The notes under the pieces: model-generated | Databases searched by the model: none | Told to the model about the DNA's origin: nothing | The model's input: only the letters and a program-made list of their open reading frames with translations | Part shown: positions 38,601-51,548 of the stretch, in pieces | Layout of the letters: every line of letters starts with the position of its first letter | Numbering within the stretch: position 1 is the first letter of the stretch | Source: Pelomyxa schiedti | Taxonomy: Eukaryota > Protista > Evosea | Length of the DNA stretch: 64,000 nt | Direction: 5' to 3' | Assembly (NCBI GenBank): GCA_020536535.1 | Contig: JAHLWZ010000849.1 | Span: 11,311-75,310, forward strand | Program-made: the position numbers and the translations under genes

Positions 38601-41600
38601 TGATAGGGATTTACAAGGCTGTGAGAAAATTTCCGCAGTAGACGAAATGGTGCCAACTGTCTTCTCAACTTCCGGTTCGAGTTCGCATTGTGATGACTGG
38701 ATAGAACTAGTCTGGTCATGTGCACTTGTGAAAAGAAAAACTCCACTATCCACAGAGACTTTTGATTGTGTACTATCAAGCAGACTACTTTCGTCAGTCG
38801 GGATTGATTTGAACTGTGAGAGTTTCAAGAAACCGCCAGAAGTAGTTTCCAAATTGACAGAACTTCCTGACGCCTCCACTTTTGTGTCCTCACCCACAGT
38901 GCTGCACTTTGTGGAGAGAGATTGGGAATGGAGTGTCATTTCATCTATTTTGTTTGTCTTTGAGTCTTCAGACCTTTCATTACTCACTTCCAGTTCATCA
39001 ACCCACCAGTCTTCATCCCCGTCCCCATTCTTACTATGAGTTTCTTCTGTGAGAGTATCTTCTGAACCAACAATCAGGGTTACTTCACTTTCACTTTCAT
39101 CTCCGATATCCATGGATGTGTTCAAACCCAATACAACACTTATGCCTTCAGTAGTGTCTGAATGCTCAGAGACTAGAACTGAATTGTGTTGGGTGGCAGA
39201 GGTACTATCTTTCTCTTTAAGACTTGCAATTGTCTTTATGCTCTCCTTTGTGCTTTGTCTACTGCTTTGCCTGGAAGGATTAGTGACTTGATGACTCGTT
39301 ATGCAATCGGAAAGACTCCCCGAGCTCGTTGTGATTGGAAAATAATGTGACATTGTGCCATTGGTTTCAAGTGTGTCGAGAGCTTCAATTTCTTCAGTTC
39401 CAAAAACACCATCCCATGCTCGAGAGCCAGGAAGAGGCTGGAAGGACTTGGAAGACAGGGTCGATTCAGGCAGAGAACTTGAATTTATGTGAAGAGATTC
39501 CGTTGTGAAGGTCATACTGCTACTTAAATTTTGATCTGAACAACCATCAATATCTTCACCCGAAAATCCCGATGCTGGCCTTTCACATGGGGCCGACATA
39601 CCAGAGGAAATTATTTCCTGTATTGATAGACCCTCGACTTGACGCGCACTGGGATCACCACCAGAGCTCAATGTCGGTAAGGGAAGGGTGCCGAATATAG
39701 AACTGTAGACTTTAGATTTAGAGGAATAGCTTGCATTATCAGCCTCGTAATACGAGAGGGTTCCAACATCGCTGAGTACTGATCCAACTGACACACCTTC
39801 TCCAGCACAATCGTCCTGAGTATCCAACTCCAACTGGTTTTGAACCGTCAATCGTGTTGCCTGGGAACTTGACTTGAAAGAACGGCTGCCATCCATTGAT
39901 TGCAATAAAGCTTCCACAATCGCTTTTACTTCAGAGTTCTTTTTGTCAGAAACACTTTCACTGCATACTGAACTGGTCTGACAGAGTTGATTTCTTTCTA
40001 CACTGGATTTTTCTGGACTATGATCCGCGTGAGTAACCTCTGAGAAAGTTTCATCCATCCCTGGAGTGGGAATAAAATCTGCCCCCTCACTCAACGGCTC
40101 CAAGCCTTCCAATAGGGAATATGTACTTGCAGTTTGGTGTATTGACGACTTGGGAGATGGGAAATTGATTCCTTCAAACGTGGTACCAGTTGCCATTATT
40201 GAACCGCTGGAGGTACTGCTGGAAAGGGAAAGAGGCATAGACAATCCCATGGTTGAGTTGCTTTCTTTACTCCTTTGTAAGGGAATAGAGTTGCTCGCGG
40301 TAGCAGGAATGGATTGTGGTTGATTTCCTGAAAGCCTTTCTGTTTCTAATGAACCGTGAAGAGATTCTCTCTGTTCAGCCACAAAGCTTTGAGAGTTGGA
40401 TTCCACAATATTTTTTGGTACATCAGCCATCTCACCTGCTACATAAGTTTCTTGAGGAATACTATGCTCCGCATTTGCCAAAACATGCACCCCTTCATAG
40501 TCACTCCCTTTGGCTTGCTTGTCATTAGAAATAGCATCAACTCTGCTCTTTGACAAACGGAGTGAAGAACTAACAAAGTAATTGCTTGTTGATGTATCAG
40601 ATTCAATTGAAACAGCACTCTCAAATAATTCTCCTGACTTGCAGACTGAATCTTGCATCGAATTCGAGGTTTTGCCAGTTGGACACAACTGATTTGAACT
40701 TTTTTCCATGGTGAAAAGCGAGTCACACTGAGAATCGCCACTGGGAGTATGTACGTTGCGATTTAAGCTTGAAAGCACGCCAGCGTAAGTGGATATGTCA
40801 GAGGGGGATAAACTGTGCTCAGAAATAACATGGTCACGTGCACTTTGCCTGGAATTTTCAAGTGCTTTTGATGAGTTTCCAGAGGAATGGTGGGACATAA
40901 TATCTTTAGAACTGAAACTGTTGCGAACGCCCGAAATGCTAAGCTTCTTGCTTCTGGGTGAGCATTGCTCTGTTCCCATAGAGTGAGTGAATTCTTCTTT
41001 ACTGGACTCTGCACTTGAATTTATTCCCTTTGGTTCTCTAAGTGCACCTGTCTGATTTAGTGTGCTAGAAGTCCCTAAGCCAGTAGCAGATGACACGGCT
41101 TGAATTGGTATATCAGAAGATACATCAGTGATGGAGATTACTGAAGGAGAGTCATCGGCCCAAATACTTTCTGAGCCACTCTGATCCTCAGTTTCATCAT
41201 CAATTGCCAATATAGCGCTGTCCAGCTCGTCATTCAGGAGATGTTTGTCCACGCTTAACCTCTCTTTTTCCAGTTGCTTCAGTGCCTCCCCAGTGCTGTA
41301 AGTACCACAGACCGATGTGGATTTGGAACCCCCTTCTAGCAGTCCACCCACCGCCCAGTCGGGATTCCACTTTAGGGTTTTTTCGGTTGAGCTTACTGCT
41401 TGGATTTCTCCCACTACAGTTTTCTCACTGGAGTAAGGCTGGTCTTGTTGATGGGAGGTAGACATATTGCTTTCAGTACGCCTGGTGTTGAATTCATCTG
41501 CAACGAACGGGTTGACTTCTATCTGTGGTCCTCCACTGATAGTCAAGGAGGAATCCTGAATGCAGCTCTCAAATTGAGGTTTTTGTGAAGTCTCATGTAT

Positions 41601-44600
41601 GCCTCTGTGTTTTCTGCTGGATTGTTTGCTGGAGAAACTGGCACCTTTGTGTGAACCTCTATTCTCATTTGCAGTGAAACTTGGGTGGGTTGAAAAAACT
41701 TGCTCTTCTGAAGAGTGAAAACTTGCATCAGAAACAGAGCAATTCAAGGAATTCATTGTAGTAGGAAATAGAGATGAGGATAAAGATGCCCCAGAAAAAG
41801 AAGAGTTTCCAATAGCACTCAACTCCACAGGAGACAGGGATTCAGTGTGTATAGACATGTGGTTCCCAGTGTAGGTCCTTACACTGGGATAGTTCGATTC
41901 ATCAGATTTTTCTTTATCCTCAGAGGGTAGTTCCCCATTGTGAATACCATTGATCACTGGGCTCTCACTGGCTGCTTCTACCTCGAGAGGCTTTGAAACA
42001 GAATGTGTATCTGTTCCGTAACTGCCAGTGAGAGACTGCACTAAAAAATGATTAGTTTCTTGGGTGTTTATGCTTGGATCTAAGCAACTGCTTTCATCAC
42101 CCGGGTACCCTGCAATAAAAAGTGGATCCATTGACTCATGGTAGTCATTGCTTTCAACCAACGTGCTACTTACCCAGTTACTCTGAGAAGAAACTTGCTC
42201 CTTTGATTCCAGTATGCCGGCTGTAAACGAAATGGTTGAATCTGGTTGTTTGTTTGTGCCTGAACTTCGAGTTTTCGACTTGCACTGAAAGGAGTCTCCG
42301 TGGCTCCCCAAAGGTAAAATACTTGTTGTGCCTGACTGGGGTATCTCTTGGCTTCCACTTTTATATGACTTGTAGCTAGCCTCATAGTCACTGAGGGGTA
42401 GCTGGGCTGTGACAACATCCTCTTCCTCTTCGAATTCCTCACTAGGCAATGTTCCAGAAGAATTACATGGTTCAGATAGAAAGGGAGATGCTGAACTGCG
42501 ACTGGAATTGTGCAGCATGGCATCAGTTCTTAGCATTTGTTCTACAATCTTAAGTATATTGCTTGCCTCGTTTTCTGTCCCCTGGGTTTTTTCCTTTTCC
42601 TGGTTTTCGCATGCACTTGATGCATTTTGTAACTTTATATCTTGCTGACAACCTAAATCTGCAGTGTCATTTTTATTCTTTGGTAAGGTGTCATCTACAT
42701 CCATTGCACTCAATGAACTCCTGGAGTTGCTGGCTTGTGAAGAACTGCCAGTTTGTGGAAGACAAACGGGTGTGGAAGGGAGACCTTTCAAGCTATTCTC
42801 AAGATAATTCTCACGAGATTTAGTGAAGAGGAGGGAACTTTGTTCTGCTAGATGGGACTCATTTCTTGAAGAGCAGTCAAGTTCTAAAGGAACCTGAGAA
42901 AACAGTGTCCCACTCGATGTTTTTGGCGTGAAGGAGCTCGGGGGATTGGAAAAACAAAGCTCGTTGGCGAGTGACGCAGTTCCAACATTGAAAATGGACT
43001 TTGAAACAACTGTGGAGGTGTTGTACGAGTTGAGTGCATCCTCTTCATCACCAGTATTACTGTGATCTGGAGATTCTACTTTCCCTCTAATACTGTCTTG
43101 TTTCTGTGTATTTCTAGAGGAGTCCAAGTTAGCTTCCACGGTGTTGATGCTTTCAAAAAAGGAAGTGGAGGAAGGTTCTAGACTCCCACAATGGGAAACT
43201 AAATCATCGGTATTGGTTGAATCCTCACAATCGGGAACACTAACAAGAGACTGATAATCACTTCTCTCAAGGCTGGCATAGCTGTTTGTCAACTGGACAT
43301 CAAGAAGGGCTCTTTGAACGTTGCTATCTGGATCGTTGGATGCTTTGGAAGAAACACCTCGTTCTTTTAGATTGGACTTTGTATAAGAGTGAGGTTTGGA
43401 ACTTTCATGTGTATTCATCTGCGATGTCTGATCAAATGGAGAGGAGGCCACAAGATAATTAGTGCTTGTACCCTCTCGTTGACCTTGCATAAATTTCTGT
43501 GTGGTACTCTGGCCAGAACGAATTTCATAAAGGGGTGCGTCCTTCGTTTTATCTGCAGAAGACATGCGGCCCAGTTTGTTTCCACTCCTCGAAGAGGTTT
43601 TACTATGAGTTGATCTATGCTTATGGTGTTTCGTGTTCACGGAGTTTGTAGGACTAAAGTCTTGTCCACTTATACTAGTTTGAAACAGTTCATCTGGGAC
43701 TTCAATAGAGGCTGTTTGAGAGTGCTCATCAAGTGGGTCAACAGTACCAATTAAGTCCCCACTTTCAGAAGGTTCGCTAGAAGCACTGCCACCAGGAGGA
43801 AGAATTGCTTTTGTCTCCATTGATGATGTACTAGAACCATCTGATGAAAGGGGACCAGCACTCCCACTTGTTTCTTTCAGAAGACTGTATGACCTCTCAA
43901 GAGCACTTTCTGCAGCAAGGTCGATAGAATTGTGTATGGTAGTAGAGAAAGTGCTCAGCCTTGCACTGGTACTCAAAACCGAGTTTTGTGCCCTCTCATT
44001 AGCTGTAAAATTACCTGATGCAAATTGGCTCCCATAATCACTTGGTGAGATATTGCTGCTGGAAGCAATATTTGATGTGACACTGGGCTCAAGGGTGCTG
44101 CCAGATCTATCAAAAAAATTAAATTCCCTGGGGGACAGTGATCCATATGATTTTGTCAAGTGCCCATAAGAGTGGCTTGGTTCCAGACTTTCATCTCTGA
44201 ATTGACGAACAGAATCAACGGTGGGTTCAATTTCTTCATCAGGAAAATTTTCCATTTCTGTAACTGAGCCGTGGTTCTTCCCTCCTCTCTCGTCACTAGA
44301 GCCTTTGGAACTAGTTGGTTGAGTGCCAAAACCTTGGTTTGGAGCATTGGGGGTTGGCCTTTTAGCACAGGCACCATTTCCAGCATCATCGTCGTCATCG
44401 TCGGAATGGAATTTGTCTGGTTTGGAATACTCTTCCTCTACGAATTCTATTTGGTCTTCTTCATTGTCTTCTTCATCAAGATCCTCACTCCTTGAGGATT
44501 TGCCTGGTTGTGGTCCCGTGTGTTTTGCACTACTTTTGGCACTACTCTCAATAAAAGATTCTTCAAGAAGAGAAATTTCAGTAACATCGTCCATTAGTCC

Positions 44601-47600
44601 CTTTTCTGCTTGTGAGTCCTCCTCAATACTTGCACAGAAACTGCCAAGAAGGTCTTCACTATCACTCTCATTCAGCTCGGTCATGCCACTACCAATAAGA
44701 TTTGCTGAGTTACCACTTGCACTCTTTGCAGAGGAGCCACGGGCTGAAGAACTGCCACCAATTGCAGCAGTACTATCCCCAGCACCAGGAACACCACAAA
44801 AAGCTTGTGCAGCAGATGCACTGCTTTGCTGTGATGCCCTAGAATTTCTTTTTGACTCCGTGGAGGGATATTTGTTGCCTTTCTTACTGGCTCCAGAACT
44901 GGACTGGCTGCCACTTGCTTTCGAATTTCGTGAAAATTCCTTACTGGAGATTGAATCCTTGTCCTCTGAAGGGGTATTTACGGCGCTATCTTCTTTTGGA
45001 ACGTTCTCAGAACCAGGTTGAAGTGGAGGGAGGTGGCTTTGCAATTTTTGTATCTGTTGCTGCAGTTGTTGCATTTGCTCTTGTAGTTGCTTGGGCGCTA
45101 CCGATTGACTAGGTTGCATGGTGTTCTCTTCATTTCGCTGCACAGGGCTAGGCTGTTCCTCAGTACAAGGAGGAGCTGCCACCTTTTTATAATTAATAAG
45201 AAACTGTGAATTTTCAATACCTTTGTCAAGTCAGACCGTACAGGAACTTGATTTTGTGGTGGGAATTGAATGGGTTTCTGTGAAGAAATTGGCCCATAAT
45301 TCTCCTGTCTGATGGGGGGCAGGGTTTCAGTTTGTGGAACAACAACTAATTGAAGAGTTGGCGATGGCGGTAAAGATGGCACTGTTTGGGGAACTGATTG
45401 AAGGGGAGGTAACTGAGAGAAGTCAGTCTGGGGAACAACCACGAGAAGATGATCGGGCTTCGCTTCATTCCCTTCTTGCAGAGGATATCCCAAAATATTG
45501 GGGTGAGGCTGAATGGCTTGGTCTGAGGGGGGTTGTGGCAAAGAAGATGGCTGCAAATTGTTGAACAAGGAATGAGAAGCTTGTGACTCAGATGATTGAT
45601 TGTCTGAAGCAAGCCTTGGAGTAACGTTATCTTCACTGCTTGAGCTAGAACGTTGTTGAGTTTTCTTATTAGTCTTGTGCTTGTGGTGTATGTGGCCGAA
45701 TCCAGCAGACTCTGTAGCATTCCCAATCTCTGGGTGCCTATCAGTTTCCATTGAATTTGTTTCATCCTGGGGAGTGACTGTATCAACACTACTATTGTGC
45801 TCACGAAGCCGTGTGACCGAGCTTGTCTCCGAATGTTGTGTTGCCTGAATATCATCTTCAACGTCAGTATGATCCATGCCTGCACTGCTGAAAGTTCTTG
45901 GTTTGAAATTAGTGGAAGGATGTGGACTTTTCTCTTGTGGAATCCGGCTATCAAGTCTTCCTTGATAGGCGTTGTTTGGATTCTTACTCGAGTATGATAA
46001 GCTGTCCAACAACTCATCCACCTCATCCCCTAAAGATTTTCCGGTTGCATCCTTTGGGTAATCTCCGTTTTTGTATAGAATGGAATCTGACTTGTCTGAG
46101 CCAAAGTGCGTAAGAGATGGCTCTATTTCGTCTGTACTGGATACAAGTATTTGTGATTGATGGAGCGGGTGAGACTTGTGCCGAGAACGATTTTTCCGCC
46201 GTTGGTTGGTCTTTGCATTTCGTGGCTGTGGCAAATCTTCACCGAAGGCAAGGTTTCCGCTGGGTGTTTCAATTAAATCGATAATTTTACTGACTTCAGC
46301 ACTGACATCGGATTCAATTGGTGAAAGCACTTTGCTCTGCTGGGTTTTAGGAGATTTGACGTTTCCTTGAGGTTGAGGGGGAGAGGCCTCTTGGGTTGGG
46401 CCAACCTTTTTCATGGTGAGTGCATAGGTAATAAGCTGAAAGATACTTGTTGAATTGCCTGAAGCTCTTTCAGAACTTTTACAGCTTCATGTAACCCAAA
46501 CTGAGAGTCGGGTTTGCTCACTATATGAATTAAGGAACAGGAATATTATTTTGAGTGAAACCTTCTTTGGAACACTCCATGTGAGCCACTCTATCTGTAA
46601 CCTGAGTCAAATCTTTTTGTAAAACGGAAAGAGTCTGGTGTATGTTGGTATTTGTGTCTGACATTTGCTGTGACAACTTCGTAATCTACTGAGAGTAAGA
46701 AATTTATTTGCCCATTTCAGAATTGGATTCACTTGTTCTGATCTGGAAGTATTGTACGCATTCTGCGCGGAAAGACCGGAGGCAATACTAGCATTGAGCT
46801 CGTGGATAGTGCTAATTACTACCATCACAAGAGAAGACAAAGAGGAAGAAACAAACTTTCTATGAGATTCAATACTTTTAGAGTGTGAAGAACAAAGCTC
46901 CCGCAGAACAGAAATATCGGCTCTTATTGCAGGTAGTTCTGCCTGTATTTTGGAGTGTATCTGTTGAGATACTACCTCCCTGTAAGAAGTTAGTTAGACT
47001 AAGAGTAACACAGGGCACAATTTACATGGCACTTCGCGATTTTTCTTCAGAAAAGGCACATTGTTGGTGGAGAGAATCCAAGTCCTTTTTCAGGGTACTT
47101 ATTTCATCAAGAATTTTGGTATGCAGCTTATTTATGGCCTTATTGCCCCTTGTTTGGTTAAGTTTAATGCATGATTGTCTCACCTACAAGTTCAGAGCAG
47201 TAAGCGCATCTTCATGCTGTTTAACTGCATAAGAGTGTTCAGCCACAGAATCTTGGAGAGACTTAATACAGCTGCATTGCGCTTTTAGAGACTCAACTTG
47301 TCTGAAATATATTAGAGTTGATACTGGGGTTTTTTCGTACAGTTCCAACGATTTAAGGTTATCTCGTTGAGATGCTAGAGAGTTGGCAGAAGAAAGCTGC
47401 GTTATGGCATCACTTAGGGCCTGTACTTGCTGATTGGCAACAGGTGGATTTGTTGAAAGTGGTGTCTGAAGGCTTCTCACTAAAGCGACTTCTCTGGAAC
47501 TATCATTAGCTAATATAAAACGGGAGACCTACCCTCGTAAGTCCTGTAGCTGTGAAGTGAGTGTCTGAATTAATGGTTGCTTGGCATCAAGTGATTGACA

Positions 47601-50600
47601 GCTTTTAGAAACATAATCTAGGGAGCTATTTACACTTAATACAAACAAAACTTATTGGGAAGCCACAACCTTGCTAAAGAGTCCACCTTTGTTTTGAGTT
47701 CATCATATTTACAGGTGAGCATAGTCACCTCCTGTTACATATTGTTTATACAGTTCCACGTTGTATAGACAGGGAACTACCTTGAGAGAGGAATCCTGGG
47801 GTTTTGGGTGAATTTTTAGCAGTGCCTCCTGCACTTCAGCAATTTGTGTTGAACTTTCTTCTGGGCGCTCACTTTCAAGCTTGGATACTTTTTTCCCCTG
47901 TTTCTTAACTTGTGAGGAAAGTTTTTCCAATTGAGTATTATGCTGATCAACAAGTTCTTTCAGACTATCATGAACCCGCACAACCTCAGTTAGTATTTTT
48001 TTCTCCAGTGATTTCATGGAGACTTCAGTTTCACTCAACTTATCACTGTGATAGTTCAATGCTTCTCCAATTTGTTTTCTCACGAACAACCGGAGTTCAT
48101 TGTCATGGGCAGATGACTGACTGGAAGCATCAGCAAGTTGTTTCTGGATTTCTGGAACACATTCCACTAATAGCTTTCTCTCCAAGCGTTTCACTGAATC
48201 ACTGAGTGCATCAAATTGAACTACTTGACGGGATATTGCGTCATCTATCTGTTGCTGAACCGTTTTTGCATTGAATACTTCTGCCTTTTGCTGAAGCAGT
48301 TTCAAGGTCGATCTCAACTCGTCGTATGGCTGAATGTTGGAACCAATTTCTTGAACTTTCCCCAGAAGTTCAGTAACTTGCCTGTGCACCTCTTGTTGGG
48401 AACTGTTCTGTTTCCCAATTCGTTGCTCAGCTTGTCTGACTTCGTCTTTCAGCTCACCCACATTGGAGTTCTGTTGTGTTATTGATTCCGTGAACTGTTT
48501 CCGTAGATCATTGATATTGTCTATCATTTGTTTGCGCAACTCTCCAACAGATTCAACAACACCCTTACGCAGCTCTCCGCCTTGAATGTTGGCGTTTGTT
48601 TGTAAGTCAGTTAATTGCCTACGGAAGTCGGCAGATTGTTCATTGTTGTGTGACTCCACCTCAAGAACTTGCCTGCGTATTTCATTCATGATTTGGGTGC
48701 TGCTTTGAGCTACATTATCCACAACTTGCTTTTTAATTTCTGCACCTACCCCTTGCATCACAGAGTCTCCAACCTGACGTTTGATATCAGGTGCAAGTGT
48801 TTGCACAGCACTATCAGTAATCTCTTTGGTGATCTCTGAGAAGTGAGAAGTCGCATCAGCAATTTGCTTTTTCAACTCAGGAATTATCGTTGCAGTGTTC
48901 TTTGTAAGGCTGGAAACGTTTTGAGTGACGTCTTCAATCTGCTTCTGGTGTTGTGTTATAACATCTGAGAGCCGCTTTGTCTCAGACACATTCGTGGCCA
49001 CTGCAGAAGCTGTTTTGCTCTCGAAGTTTCTCAGGTATTCTCCTTGCTGTTCATCAAGTTGAGTTATTCGACATATTGCTTCAGCAAGATTTTTTTGGAG
49101 ATCTGATAGAATCTGAAGGTGTATTGTGTAAGAAAAAATTCTTCTATTCTTCTGAACCTGAGCTTGATGGCTGGCCCGAGTTTTAGTGCCCTCAGCTATC
49201 TGTGAAATGCCAGATATGTCTGAGGAAATCTGTAGACAAAATTAGAGAGGTTGAGTTTATTGGAAACTCACAGAATCCATTTTCTCAGTGAAGCTGTCTT
49301 GAAATTGAGCAAGTTGCTTATTCAGACCATCCACTTTTGATTTTTGGTCATCTCTTCAGCCAAGATGAGAGAGGAAAATATTGTTTAAGCTACTTAAAGT
49401 GCACAAGGTTTTGAATGTCCCGCGTGAGTTTTTCGACATTATCCCCAATGGGGTGACAAGTCTCTTCAATCCGCCTATCAAAGTCATTTGTGGCTGCAAT
49501 GCAAGTAGCTATATTTTGTTTCAGTATTTGCATTTGCTGGTCAGAGGTCTGCCTTCGAAAAAGGTTATGAGAGTGAGAAGTGAGCATGTTAAAACCTTAT
49601 AGACGAGGCCTCCACTTTGGCCAGAGAATTCTTGATCTCAGAAATGTGGTCATTTGTAGAAATTTCATTTTTCTTTATGTCTTCCATTGCAGAAGAAAGC
49701 CTATTTTGTTTATTAAGAGAGCAACGAAATTGTGCGTTACCCTAGAAGCTCCTGAGTTACTTTTTGCTCAAGTAGCAACAGCCTTGTTTCCAAATCTGAA
49801 GGCGATGGAGTGGGTGGCAATGGTGTAGAGGGTAACAGTATGGTTGGCAATGGGGTGGGTGGCAATGTGATGGGTGGCAATGTGGTGGGTGGCACTGGAG
49901 CAGGTGCCAATACAGCTTCAGGTTCTTGGACAGGTAATTTGGTGTCTGGACTGGGTTGTGGTATGGGGGGCAGTGGCTTGCCTTCGGGATTGGAGTCTTC
50001 CAAGGGGATAATGGTTGTGGATTTCTTACTTCCAGATTCCATTTTCTGCATATGCCCAAGAACTCCCTCTATTTTTTTTCTGAAAAAAAGTTATCACTCT
50101 CATATTAAGCTATGGTTGGTACCTAAGTTTTGCATTCTCCTTCTCCAATTTTTTTTGAGATTGCACCATATCTGTGCGCCACTTTTCAACTTCAGTGGAG
50201 ATCTCCTTAACCCGCTGGTCAGTGGCACCAAGTTGTTCTTCGTTGACTCTGCCATCAATTTCACCTCTTAGTTCTGATATCTAATATGTTAAGGAGGGTT
50301 GTAATCAACGTAGAGTAAGATGAACATTGGCATTGGTGCTTTCAAGGGCAACAGCCACTTGGTGGTGGAGAACGTTTACTGCATCACTTATTTTTTTTTC
50401 AGTTATCATATCAGTTTCAGCACGCAAAGTACTCTCAGAGTTGTTGCTGCTTTTCGTATCAGAATATTAAGAGTAGTGGTTGATACTTGTTTGCTGTAGT
50501 GAAAAGAAATCTGTGTATTGAATCCGCAGCATCACATTGCAGAGGTGTAGGTGTACCTTGTGCAGCCATACCCTGTCTTGGAAGTATGACTCCAAGACGA

Positions 50601-51221
50601 GACAGATATGAATTTGTGGTATAAGCAACTATTTCTTCAATCATTCTTACTTGCTACAAAAAGATCAAAACAATACAGTAGCAGAAAATGCAAACCCTAG
50701 AAAATAGAGCATTTTGAAGATCTCTCAATTCACTCAATTCCAGCTTTAGTGACGATGTCTGGCGTGTGTTTGTGCTCAACCCAGTGTGAAGTAAACCAAT
50801 ACTAGATTTACATGCAGAGAGCTCCTTTTTAAGTTCCCTATGAGAGAATGTTATGATAGAGTAATTTTTGTGGGGCCTACTTTACACGTTCCTGAGTGGT
50901 TATACGCTAAAAAAAAATAGTGAGAATAAGGGAACGAACCAGGAAAAAGGGGAAAAAAATGCTCACAGTATTTAGCTCGTCTTCACTATTTGGAAACTGC
51001 GGTTGTTGTATATACATTTTTGCAGGTGGAGGTGCATTGGATGTTTTGTTTGCAGCAACAGGCGACAGTCCTTGGTTCGCCGTTGTTTGCTTGTTCTGCG
51101 ACCCCGGCGTCAGACGTGAGATCCCAATCAGCTGAGTCACTGACGGAGAAGACGACGGTGTTATAGACGGGGTACTCAGAGGCGACGTGAGATCCTCAAC
51201 GTGCACGTTACCCCCACTCAT
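35670..51221 (-). CDS. Giant protein (roughly 4,800 aa): intron-rich coiled-coil N-terminal third plus a 9.5-kb Ser-rich terminal exon
   Basis: Frame-restoring GT-AG introns at 46406-46446 (IQQ/VGP) and 45183-45220 (LTK/VAA) join the ORFs. Exons from 51221 to 46450 are heptad-rich. Exon 35670-45182 is a single 3170-codon ORF. Confidence 0.7.
49810..49898 (-). repeat. Degenerate 15-bp coding minisatellite (LPPTP/LPPIT/LPPTT)
   Basis: Repeated 'ggtggcaatg' units on the + strand, translating to PPTTLPPITLPPTPLPTILLPSTPLPPTP. Confidence 0.7.
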
Positions 51222-51548
51222 TGGTGGTTTTTTTTTTTGTTTTGTTTTTGTTGGTAAATAAGTTCACTCTAATGTCTGGTTTCGTGTAAAATATGTAATC
51301 ACCGAAAGGCATCAGCAGCATTCTGGAACTCACAGCAGAATCCCACTTGGAACAACACAAAACTCCCCACTGCCCTGAGGAACAAGAATGCTGTAAGAGA
51401 AATCTGCTCCTGACACCACAACCAGTTTGTTTACAGACTAACTTGGCAATTTTTTGACCGGCGAAAGCGCTTTGTTACGCACCCGTTGTAAACACAACCA
51501 ACACAAACAAACCGCAAAGAAAGGCTTTCGGCAGGCAACAATCCCATA

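Noticed and set aside
35670-45182. Giant ORF as a viral or transposon polyprotein, or an adhesin
   Set aside because: No RT, integrase, capsid or repeat motifs, and it is spliced in frame to host-type upstream exons.
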